Of a stretch of DNA of 64,000 nucleotides, positions 52,535 to 64,000 are shown one piece after another. Below the pieces are notes generated by a model. It worked only from the letters and a program-made list of their open reading frames with translations. It was not told where the DNA came from and did no database searches. The position numbers and the translations under genes are program-made. The DNA comes from Octopus vulgaris (lineage: Eukaryota). The stretch is from positions 141,732,001 through 141,796,000 of the forward strand of contig OX597816.1 in the NCBI GenBank assembly GCA_951406725.2, read 5' to 3'. The number at the start of each line of letters is the position of its first letter. The stretch's first letter is position 1.

Positions 52535-53589
52535 ATGAAAAATTACCTTGAATTAAAAAAAAAAAAAGTGCAGTCTGCTTGATGATGAGCTATGTCTCAT
52601 GCAGCCCACTTCTCATATAAAGGTTGCCTGTGTTTAATCTGGCTAGGCATGAAACTCAGAGATCAGTGTAACTAACTAGTGGTGAACCACTTCAGCAAAT
52701 ATCAGTTAGTAATGCTGATAAACTTGAATAAATTTGTATGTCAAGGGAGCTGTGGATACTAACTTTTGGGGTAGGGCTGTTTCTTCAGAAACAGACAAAA
52801 GAAAAAAAAGAGAATAAAAAAGAAAATAAGTATGCAATTATTTTCAACAAAATGGTTTATTAAGTACAGTCAAAAGCAATTTCATTTTCTACTCCAAATA
52901 GTCCTGCCCCAAAACATTAGTATTCCCTCAAACCATACACACTTCTTCAAACTTACAAACTTTGTTAACCAATTTTTGTCAATGCAGACACTAGTTTTCT
53001 CAGACTCTTGTATTATTATTTTTTTTATATATTTAGTATATGAGATTGTTATTTGTTAAAATTAGATAATAGACACATTTTCATTTGTCTTCCCTATGGC
53101 AAACAAACTTATAATATAGTTATACATTATATAGATTTATGATGAAATATAATACAATGCAGAACAAATCAGAAAGTAAATAACAACTAAAATGATTTTA
53201 GAAAATATAATCAACAGTTCATGGGAATATTCCAAAAAAAAAAAAAATACATTGATTACAACATCAAATTTTCTTAACAAAAGACGAAAGTCATTGCAAT
53301 GAGATGTCATTATCCTTGTCCTTGTCTTTAACATCCACTTATCCATGTTTGTATGGGTCAGCTGGATTTTGTTGATGCAGATTTTCTATGGCCAGATGCT
53401 CTTCTTGTTGCCAACCCTCACCAGATTCCAAGTAAGGTAGTATTTCCTCATGACCAGACATGATTTCATGGGAGATTGGACATGAAGGACACCACTTGTA
53501 GACAATGACACTCATTTACAACTAACATTCAATGTCAAGGTAAGGAGATATTAACACACACACACACACACACATATATATACACATAT

Positions 53590-53819
53590 ATCTTTTACCT
53601 TTTACTTCTTTCAGTCATTTGACTGTAGCCATGCTGAGGCACTGCCTTAAAGAGTTTTAGTTGAACAAACTGACTTCAGGACTTATTTTTTTAGAGCCTA
53701 GTACTTATTCTATTGATCTCTTTTGCCGAACTGCTAAGTTATAGGAATGTACACATACCAACACTGGTTGTCAAGCAGTGGTGGGGGACAAACACAGACA
53801 CAAAGACAGACAAATACAT

Positions 53820-53859
<40 letters not shown>

Positions 53860-54063
53860 ACACACATACACACACACACACACACATACACACACACATA
53901 CAAAGGGCTTCTTTCAGTTTCTGTCTACCAAATCCACTCACAAGGTTTCGATCAACTGGAGCCTATTGTAGAAGACTCTTGCCCAGGATGTCATACACGG
54001 GAACTGAACTCAAAACCATGTAGTTGAGAAGCAAACTTCTTACCACACAGCCATTCCTGCACC
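53590..54063 (-). mobile_element. tRNA-derived SINE family A
   Basis: Full-length reverse match with an internal CA tract. Confidence 0.85.
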
Positions 54064-54639
54064 TTATGAGCTGAATAGTATTTTTCTTGAAGAGTTCATG
54101 TGTGTCAGTATATGCCTGTATGTGTGCTTATATATCTGTGAATATGTGCATGCTTGTCTGGATGAGTGTGTATGTGTGTTGGTTTTCGTTTTTGTGAGTG
54201 CATAAGTGTTTGGACTGCATGCATGTATATTTGTGCATGAATGCATGTCTGCAAGTGTGTGTAAGCATGCATCTATGACTACCTATAAGTACATTTGTAT
54301 GTCTGAAAATCGACATGAGCTTGTGTGCGAGCATGTGTGTTCATCTGTAAAGTGTATGCATGCTTGTGAGAGTAGGGAGCTGAGGGTTGGATGTGTCTTT
54401 TATTGCCCAACCACAACGGTCACCTACAAATATTGCTTGAGACATGTATTCACAGAAGAGACAGGGCTCAGGATACTGACCCTCTAGTTGATATAATAAG
54501 AAAACAGATGAGTAGCAATAAACAACATGGCAGACTTGGTCCAACCCATACCAGCTTAATAAATAAAACTGGCTTTAAGATATTGATGGTTGTTGTTGTT
54601 TTTGTTGTTTAGCCCTAGGTCAGCCTTGATTGAGCAGAT

Positions 54640-54835
54640 CATTATCACTATCATCATCACTTATTGTCTGTTTTCCATGCTGGCATGGGTTAGACAGTTT
54701 AACTGGAACTGGGAAGCTGGAGAGCTGTATCAGACTCCAGTCTGATTTAGCTTGGTTTCTGCAGCTGGATGCCCTTCCTAATGTTGACCACTCCAAGAGT
54801 GTAGTGGGTACCTTTTACATGTCACTGGCACTGGT
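54640..54835 (-). mobile_element. RTE-type 3' end fragment
   Basis: ttccatgctggcatgggtt...ctggatgcccttcctaa motif. Confidence 0.7.
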
Positions 54836-55006
54836 GACTTATTACAGTTGTGATGATCCTGTCTTATTTTTATAGATAAAATATCTAAGACTACATTATA
54901 CCTAATGTGTCCATTTTTTTAAGGAGGGTAAGGAGTGATTTGAGAGAGATTTGGTTTCTATTTTTAGCAGGGAAGTGACCACATAGAAGCTTCTTTGTTG
55001 GGTCAT

Positions 55007-55048
<42 letters not shown>

Positions 55049-56307
55049 CAACAATGACAATTGTGATGCTAGTGTGGTGGTGATGATCGTGGTGAGAATC
55101 ATGGTGGAGGTGACAGCAACAATGATGACAATTGCAATTGTGAGGATGCTGATGAACACAAATCAAATGTAATTTTTTTTTTGTTAAATAATTTGTACCA
55201 TCATTACACACATTCTAAAATCCCTCCAGCTGACCTTTGGATACCTTTGGCAAGGGGTTGTGGACTTAGCACATCACTCTGTTTAACATCAATCCTCGGT
55301 CTTCCAATGCCTTTAGCTTGGGATGATAAACCAAACACAATGCCTTTTCATCACCTTCTTTCTGGTCTTTAAATACCTCTAGTTTGGAGTGGTAGGCTTA
55401 ATATGACAATTTATCATTGACACTAGTTCTTATGTGGATTTGGTATAACTGATAGAAGTGATTCCAGTGCACTGCAGATACATATTTTAACAACCATAGA
55501 GAAATGCACAGTAAATTTAATCCAAGTATGAAACAAATTTGGAGTAAAGAATACTGCAACCAAAGCTTTTAGGTTGAGGAAGCAATTTAAAATATGATTT
55601 CAAATTTTGGCACAAGGCCAGCAATTTCGGACGATGGGGGAAAATCAATTACATTGACCCTAGTGCTCAACTGGTATTTATTTTATTGACCTTGAAAGGA
55701 TGAAAGGCAAAGTTGACCTTGGCATAATTTGAACTCAGAATGTAAAGAAGGAGGAAATACCACTAAGCATTTTATGCAGTGTGTGAATGATTCTACCAGC
55801 TCACTGCCTTGGCCAGCAATTTAGCAATTTAATAATAAAAGTTATGAGTATGTACAGGGTTAGTGTGTGTATATGTGTAGTATAAGTTTATATATGTGTT
55901 GGGATTCCCCTGAGATAAGTGAACACACACACATGCATACACATATGAAGGCCCAAGGCTTAGTGATTAGGGTGTTGCACTCATGATTGCAAGATTGTGG
56001 TTTTGATTCCAAGACTGGTTGATGCATTATGTTTTTGAGCAAAACACTTCATTTTACATTGCTCTGCAAAATTTCATCATCTGACATGTAGCATGTCATA
56101 CACCTGTACAGTTAATGTCAGTTTGATGGAGGGAGTGAGCTTATATGAACACAAACATTTGATTACTATAAACAAATCATCTGTGTGGTTGCTCAGCAAG
56201 AAATTGCAGGAAGATCATATGTTGTCTAATGATGGGAGAGTTCATTACATATATATACAAACACAACACATGTGTGTGTATTTATGTTATATCTTTATGT
56301 ATTTTGA

Positions 56308-56435
56308 TGTGGCTGTGTGGTAAGAAGCTGGATTCCATACCACATGGTTCCAGGTTCAGTGTCTTCTGCTATAGCCTCAGGTGGACCAAAGACATGTGAG
56401 TGGATTTGGTAGATGGAAACTGAAAGAAGATCGTC

Positions 56436-56479
<44 letters not shown>

Positions 56480-56745
56480 GTATATATATATACATATGCA
56501 TGTCTATATCTGTGTGTGTGTGTCTTTGTGTCTGTGTTTGTTCCCCCCTCACAGCTCAACAATTGGTGTTGGTGCATTTATGTCCCTATAACTTAGCAGT
56601 TTGGCAATAAAGGCCGATAGAATAGGTACTATACTTTAAAAAAATAGTCCTGGGTTCAATTTGTTCAGCTAAAAAAATTCTTCAAGGTTGTGCTCCAGCA
56701 TGGCCACAGTCAAATGACTGAAACAAGTAAAAGAATAAAAGAATG
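56308..56745 (+). mobile_element. tRNA-derived SINE family A
   Basis: Head-to-tail match with a small internal deletion. Confidence 0.8.
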
Positions 56746-56755
56746 TATACATACA

Positions 56756-56807
<52 letters not shown>

Positions 56808-57009
56808 GTTGTTGTTGTAAGAGACAAAAAAATAGCTTCAGGAAGGGTATCTGGCCATAAGATACTGCTTTGCAAAGACCTATCTAAAAGCAGCCAACAA
56901 TAAAAATGGAGTGAAAGTTGATGATCAGGATGATGATGAGGAGGAGAAGAAAAAGCATGAGAAAAATAATGATGAAAATTATACATACATACATACATAC
57001 ATATACATA

Positions 57010-57046
<37 letters not shown>

Positions 57047-57294
57047 TAAACCCAATAATAAGCAGTAAAAAATGCAGTAAGTATTTTTTATTGTGATAAA
57101 ATATAGATTTAGATTCTTTTCCTTTTTTTAGTTCCACATTGAGCATTTTTTCAGAATAAAAGCCAAGCTGCTGCTCAAATAACAAGTGCATGACCTGTTG
57201 CAGTTTGGATTCTAGCAAATTGATTTAAGAGTACAATGATGGTATTTTTTCAACAAAGTCCTTGGTGTGTTCAGAACATTCATTTTCCACTATT

Positions 57295-57403
57295 GTACAC
57301 ACACACATATGTGCATGCGTGCACACACATTTATGTATATAAGTATGCATGTACATATGTATATGTGTGTATATGTATATGTGTATATGTGCATGAGTGT
57401 GTA

Positions 57404-57447
<44 letters not shown>

Positions 57448-57705
57448 TATATACATATATGTATATACATATTATACATATATACAAATATTTACAGATG
57501 TACATATATATATATGTACACTATATATATGCACACATATATACATACATATATATACACACACATATGTATATACATATACACATATATACAAATATAT
57601 ACAGATATATATTTCTATATATGTACATTATATATATTTTTTTATACAGACACACACACTCACACAGACACACACACACGTGCATAAACACATACATACA
57701 TATGT
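57295..57705. repeat. Compound TA/CA/TG low-complexity tract
   Basis: Seen directly; source of the 160- and 182-aa ORFs. Confidence 0.9.
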
Positions 57706-57797
57706 ATTTTTGGTCTAATCAAGCATACACTGTTTGTTGTATGGTTGTAACCTTGACTGACATTTTGGCCAATAATCTATTGTTTCTGCCAGCTTAC

Positions 57798-57855
57798 CAT
57801 GTCTTTCAATCGTAATAATCTATAGAAAATGGAAATATCCAATTTGATGAAGAGG
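57798..57855 (-). CDS. Candidate exon LFIKLDISIFYRLLRLKDM (or a 22-nt version from 57819)
   Basis: Acceptors ttttcctgttcAG or ccattttctatAG; strong donor ATG|GTaagc; ends in phase 0, fitting 50981-51060. Confidence 0.45.
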
Positions 57856-58077
57856 CTGAACAGGAAAATACACCAGCACAAATTTTACTCAGACATCTGA
57901 CATGTATTTTACACTGCGTAAACAATATATCTTCTCCAAATACTCTCTGACTATTTTACACCCATTGCTTTTCATGTTAGTACAAGAAATAGCTTCAAGA
58001 AGCTTGGAGTTCAATATTTGGCTAGAACAAAGGTTTTATGAGTGGCTGCTTGTTCTAACTCTATATTCTTTGTGATA

Positions 58078-58307
58078 TAGGCGAGCTGGCAGAAACGTTA
58101 GCGCGCCGGGTGAAATGCTAAGCGGTATTTCGTCTGTCGTTACGTTCTGAGTTCAAATTCCGCCGAGGTCGACTTTGCCTTTCATCCTTTCGGGGTCGAT
58201 AAATAAAGTACCAGTTACGCACTGGGGTCGTTGTAATCAACTTAATCCCTTTGTCTGTCCTTGTTTGTCTCCTCTGTGTTTAGCCCCTTGTGGGTAGTAA
58301 AGAAATA
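58078..58307 (+). mobile_element. Young family B SINE (Meta-domain-like) with a 16-bp TSD
   Basis: TSD tatattctttgtgata at 58062-58077 and 58308-58323; core gcctttcatcctttcggggtcgataaa..aagtaccag; CpGs intact. Confidence 0.9.
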
Positions 58308-58771
58308 TATATTCTTTGTGATACAGAAGTATGATAGACTTATTCACTGTATGCTCCCACTATAGATGCAGGTATGGCTGTCTGGTAAGAAGCTTGCTTT
58401 CCAACCACATGGTTCCAGGTTCAGTCCCACTGAGTGACACCTTGTGCAAGTGTCTTCTACTATAGCCTTGTGCTGATCAAAGCCTTTTGAGTGGATTCAG
58501 TAGATAGAAACTGAAAGAAACCCTTCATACCATCATCATCATCATCATCATTTAGCGTCTGTTTTCCATGCTGCCATAGGTTGGACAGTGTGACTGAAAA
58601 CTGGTAAGCTGGGGAGCTGCACCAGGTTCCATTGTCTGTTTTGGCATGGTTTCTACAGCTGGATGCTCTTCCTAATGCCAACCACTTCACAGAGTATATA
58701 TCTGTGTTCTTTGTGTGTGTTTGTCTCCACTCCACTGCTTGACAACTGGTGTTAGCATGTTTATGTCAGCA

Positions 58772-58844
58772 GAGCTTGTGGTGCAATGGATAACATTTCT
58801 GAATATGGATAAAAAGATTCCAGGTTCGAATCCTGGCAAGCTCA
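58772..58844 (+). pseudogene. tRNA-Arg(ACG)-derived pseudogene
   Basis: 73 nt; perfect acceptor stem GAGCTTG/CAAGCTC; D arm tggtgcaatggataac; T arm ccagg-ttcgaat-cctgg; anticodon stem broken (tctga/taaaa), anticodon reads ATG; T-run downstream. Confidence 0.8.
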
Positions 58845-58922
58845 TATTCATTTTATTTTGATGATGAGCCTGTTAACAGGGATTTCAATTCATAGAGTAT
58901 CAGGGTATGATATAATATTTGA

Positions 58923-58957
<35 letters not shown>

Positions 58958-59459
58958 GGTTTCTCTCAGTTTCTGTCAACCAAATCTGCACACAAGGATT
59001 TGGTTGGCCTGGGGCTATAGTAAAAGACACTTGCTCAAGATGCTGTGCAGTGGACCGAACCCCAACTATGTGGCTGCAAATTATTATTTGCTTCTACAAT
59101 TTATTCCTATTTAGTTTCCTTACCTGCTGCCTGTATCTAATTCAACTGGCCACTAACCTGTTCAGCCTCTAATTTTCATTTTTTTTTTTTATTTTTAATT
59201 TCATACATTTCTTTCTCATCTTACTATATCCCTTTGACTCCCCATCCAACTCTACACCTTTCCCCCCCTTCCTCTTAGTAACCTCCTTTTCCTGCCCTTG
59301 CATTTTGCCTTTTACATTCTCAGTTTAATTCTAGTGATGTTGTCAGCTTTAACTTTCATCTTTCTGGCATTATCAAAACAAGTAGCAATCATATATCGAA
59401 ATGATTACCCACTGTCAATTTTGTGATCTTTTACTTGTGTTAGAAATTGTTGTTGTTTT

Positions 59460-61255
59460 CATCATCATCATCCTCATCATCATTACCATCATTATTATTT
59501 TTCTGAAGTTGATTTTGCTTTTCATCTTTCTGCGGTTCATAAAAATAAATACCAGTAAAGTACTGCAGTTAATTTGATCAATGTCCCTCTCCTAAAATTT
59601 ACGTCCTTGTGCCTATGTTAGTAATCAATTTTAATACCGTTATTATCATCATTCAATTAAAGAGATCAATATAAGCAACTATACCACAAATTGGTGGTCT
59701 TGTGTCTATGGCAGAAACCATCATTACTATTAAATGTGCAAGAAATTATTATTATTATTATTAAGGCGACGAGCTGGCAAAATCATTAGCATGCCAGGTG
59801 AAATACTTAGCGGCATTCAACCATCTTTAAGTTCTGAGTTCAAATTCTGCCAGAGTTGACTTTTCCTGTCCTTTTGGGGTCAATAAAATAAGTACTAGTG
59901 GAGCATTGGAATTGGTGTAATTGACTTATCCCTTCCCTCAAATTTCAGGCCCTGTGTCTAGAGTAGAAAGGATTATTATTACCTCCACCTTAGCGAAGGT
60001 GGAGGAATTGTTTTCAGACATGTTGATTTGTTTGTTTGTCCATGGATAAAATATCTCAAGAAACACTGAATGGATTCAGATGAAACTATCAGAGATATTT
60101 GGCCTCGTGACTGGCACAAACTGATTAGATTTTTGGATCAATCTGGTGTCGGACAAGGATTCTGGATTATTTGTTATATTTACTTTACATGAAGTATTAC
60201 AATCTTAGGTTAACTTTCAAGTCTTTCTCTGATTATCTTCCTTGAAAGCACACTCATGGTTTCCACGTAAGTTATGGCAGCATTGCTGTTTCCAAAGTTT
60301 TATTTTCATTTCTCTATTATTAATTTTACTCGTGTTTTTATCTTAGTGGAAACTGATGGATAGAGAAATCAAACTACATAAACAAACAGCAGCAAAACCA
60401 TTCAGAAATGAAATAACACTAACATATTCAGTAACAATAATAGATTTAATTTATTCTTGATAGTTTTTAGTTTTACTAATTTTGAATATATCACTCCAGT
60501 TTAAAACCTTTTACCTACTTGACAATCGCATTTCTAGCTCTGCCTTAGAGGAAGCTTTACTTCTTGGACTCAGATTTTTGTGTGCAACGATGTTGTTAAA
60601 TCTCTGTTAACAGCACTGTATGCAGGTCCTTTCCATTTTCTTTCATGCATGGATAAATTTTTCTCTATAGATGACACACACACAGCATTACAAACACAGC
60701 TCACACACCCACCTTCACATTCCATGACTACCATTGGGATTGATCAGGTATGGGACAAAGATTCTGGATTATTTTTCTGGGTTTTTTTACTTAATTTTTG
60801 AGAGCAGCTGGGTTCCTTTTTAGTATTCTTGTTTGTGAGAGCAGTTAAGTTTATTTCAGATATTCACATTTTAAAAATCATCTCTGGTTAATCATTGAAA
60901 GGATGTTGGTGTTGCCTTGGTGGAGGTTTGCACTCTCTGGGTGCTCTTGTTATAATTATTAAGGTGACAAGCTAGAAGAATCATTAGCATGCTAGACAAG
61001 ATGCATAGCAGCATTTTGTCTGTTTTTATGTTCTGAGTTCAAATTTTGCTGAGGTCCACTTTGCCTTTCATCTTTTTGGAGTCAATGACATAATGTATTA
61101 GTTAAGAACTGGGATCAATATAATTAATTAGCCCTACCACTACACCGAATTTCAGGCCTTGTGTCTAGTGGTTATTAAGGCGGTGAAATGGGGTTGAAGT
61201 AATTGACTTAAACCCTCCCCCTAAACTTGCTGGCCTTGTGCCAAAATTTGAAATG

Positions 61256-61292
<37 letters not shown>

Positions 61293-62160
61293 TAATGATA
61301 ATAATAATAATAATAGTCGTTGTTATTATTTAAGTTGGTGAGCTGACAGAATCATTAGTTCACTGGTTGACTTTACTTTTCATCCTTTTGGGGGTTGATA
61401 AATTAAGTACCAGTGAAACACTGGGGTTGATGTAATTGATTTATCCCCTGCCCCAAAATGGCTGCCCTTGTGGCAAAATCCTCATCATTATTATTATTAC
61501 TTAAGACAGTGAGCTGGCAGAATTGTTAGTTTGCTGGATAAAATGCTAAGCGGTATCTTGACCGTCGCTCCGTTCTGAGTTCAAATTCATCAAGGCTGAC
61601 TTTGCCGATCATCCTTTTGGGGTTGATAATTTAAGTACCAGTGAAACACTGGAGTCAAAATAATTGACTAGTTCCCTCCCCCAAAATTTCAGGCCTTGTG
61701 CCTTTAGTAGAAAGGATTATTACTATTATTGACTTGTTAGAATTAATAGAATGTTAGACAAAATACTTTGTAGCATGTGTTCCTGGTGCTTCATATTCTC
61801 AGTTCAAATCTTGCCAAGGTCAACTTTGACTGTTATCTTTCCAGGTTTGATAAAATAAAGTGCCAATCAAGAAGCAGTAATGTATTTGACTATTCCTCTC
61901 CCTTCAAAATTAGCAGCATTTTCCTTAAATTAGAAACAACTGAGGGTGGTGGAATGACAGAATTGTTACAACATTGGGAAAAATACTTCGCAGTACTTGT
62001 TGCTACTCTATACATTTTGAGTTCAAATAACACTGTGGTCAACTTTGGTTGTCACCCTTATGAAGTACCAGTCAAGTACTAGGATCAATGCTAATGGAAT
62101 AACCTGCTTCTCCTCAAAAATTCTAGTCTTGTGTCTAAACTAGAAACAATTATTATTATT
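59460..62160 (+). mobile_element. Pile-up of head-to-tail family B SINEs separated by (ATT)n
   Basis: About eight complete or partial copies, all on the + strand, either side of the Helentron-type insertion. Confidence 0.75.
59979..60951 (+). mobile_element. Non-autonomous Helentron-type (HINE/DINE-1-like) element
   Basis: 5' hairpin acctccacctt-agcg-aaggtggagg, (GTTT)n, 3' subterminal inverted repeat ccttggtggaggt (60915-60927) then hairpin gcactctctgggtgc; T-rich boundaries. Confidence 0.75.
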
Positions 62161-62169
62161 GCTGTAGTT

Positions 62170-62946
62170 ATCTTTTATCTTTTATTTGTTACTGGTTTCA
62201 GTCATTGGACTGTGGCCATGTTGGAGCTCTGGCTTGAAGAATTTTTAGTTGAATAAACTGACCCCAGGACTTTTTTCTTTTTTTTTTTTAAAGTTTGGTA
62301 CATATTCTATCGGTCTCTTTGGCCAAACCACAAGTTATGGAAATATATACACACCAATACCAATTGTCAAGCAGTAGGTGGGAGAAACAAACACAGACAC
62401 AAAGATACACACAGACACACACACACATATGACAGGCTTTATTCAGTTTCCTTCTACCATATCCACTCACGTGGTTTTGGTCAGCCTGAAGCTATAGTAG
62501 AAGACACTTGCCCACGGTGTCACACAGTGAGACTGAACCTGGAACCATGTGGTTGGGAAGCAAACTTCTTACCACATCTTTTATCTTTTACTGTTTCAGT
62601 CGCTAGGCTGCTGCCATGCTGGGGCACCACCTTGAAGAATTTTTAGTTGAATAAATCAACCCCAGTACTTTCATTCTGTTTTTTAAGCCTGGTACTTATT
62701 CTATTGGTCTTTTTTGCTGAACTGCTAAGTTATGGGGATGTAAGCATACCAAAACTGACATAAAGACACACATACACATATATATGAAGGACGTCTCTCA
62801 GATTCCATCTACCAAATCCACTCACAAGGCTTTGGTTGACCCAAGGATATACTAGATGACACTCAGCCAAGGTGCTACACAGTGGGACTGAACCCAGAAC
62901 CATGTGGTTAAGAAACAAGCTTCTTACCACACAATCACACCTGCCT
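62170..62946 (-). mobile_element. Two tandem family A SINEs
   Basis: Copies at about 62170-62576 and 62578-62946. Confidence 0.8.
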
Positions 62947-63344
62947 CCTTGTTGAAAAGTCCTTAATATTGTTCTTAGTACCATTATTATTCAGCTATAT
63001 AAACGATAAGTACACTGCACTCCAGTTTTTTAGCTTGTACAGAACCTCAGCTATCTATAGAGAATAAAAGAAATGGACGGACTACTTTTGATAGCAATGG
63101 CTATTAAATCTAATATAGGACGAAGCTTGATATCAAGAATAACATCATATATATTTGGACAGATATATTGAATATCATTGAATGTATAATAAGAGATATT
63201 GAAATATAGAAAAGCTTTGAGTATATGTGCTTGGACATATTGAATAGCCTCAAATGTATATAGCTGTACAAACATATTAAATAGAATCATACAGAGCTGG
63301 AGATATTGAATAACATCAAATATATATGTCATAAAACATTATAA

Positions 63345-63359
63345 TTATTATTATTATTA

Positions 63360-63444
<85 letters not shown>

Positions 63445-63461
63445 CATTATTATTATTATTA

Positions 63462-63497
<36 letters not shown>
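63345..63497. repeat. (ATT)n microsatellite
   Basis: Seen directly. Confidence 0.97.
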
Positions 63498-63498
<1 letters not shown>

Positions 63499-64000
63499 GG
63501 TGATGATGATGGTGATCTACATGGACATATATTCTAGAATACAGTTAATTTTCGATGCATGCATATGCGTGAGTGCTTGTAAGTATAGTAAGCTGACCAT
63601 TCTGTACTTATTTTTCAGGAGAGATTTACTGGATAGCTCAACTTCATGCTAGAGTTTAAATAAAATGGCAAATAAGAAAAAGTTGTCACAGCATTGGATA
63701 AAATGCCTTGTGGTATTTGTTCCAGTTCTCTCTACACACACACACTGACTGCAAATTCTGCTAAGATCAACTTTGCCTTTCATCCTTTAACATTAATAAA
63801 GTACCCTGGGACCAATTTCTCTTTCTTCTCTTTTATCTCTCACACATGCACATGCGCATTCACACACACACACACACACAATCTCTCTCTTTCTCTCTCC
63901 CTCTCCCTCTCATTCTCTCTCAGAATTGACAATAGCTGACAAGATAATGTGTTTTTTAAAAAATAACATCCGGAGGAAGGCAATGGGAAAACCCCATTCC

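Noticed and set aside
63030-63332. 93-aa minus-strand ORF and exon-like pieces on both strands
   Set aside because: AT-rich with recurring atattgaata motifs; no convincing donor or recognisable homology

Overview
This is AT-rich eukaryotic DNA dominated by microsatellites and retroposons. The SINE families and CA/CATA/TA/AAT content look like a coleoid cephalopod, most likely an octopus (inference). Almost all ORFs in the supplied track are microsatellite or SINE artefacts. Recognisable mobile DNA: a 5'-truncated Penelope-like element with RT and GIY-YIG domains, an older Penelope-like relic, a Dong/R4-like RLE LINE end sitting in (AAT)n, CR1 and RTE 3' fragments, several Tc1/mariner derivatives (one a 5'-5' foldback), Helitron and Helentron-type non-autonomous elements, piggyBac-type MITEs, several tRNA-derived SINE families and a decayed tRNA-Arg copy. 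Two signals are not visible in the ORF track. (1) A 595-bp tandem non-coding unit at 15915-17060 carries an intact type I hammerhead ribozyme in each copy plus a 5' inverted segment. It looks like a retrozyme or non-autonomous Penelope-type element, and decayed hammerhead-like relatives lie in other TA tracts. (2) A chain of small, phase-compatible minus-strand exons from about 57.9 kb to 9.8 kb translates to a peptide resembling, at motif level and from memory, the C-terminal TAGT glycosyltransferase-like region of GREB1/GREB1L, with unresolved in-frame stops. All calls were made by eye; no searches or folding were run.
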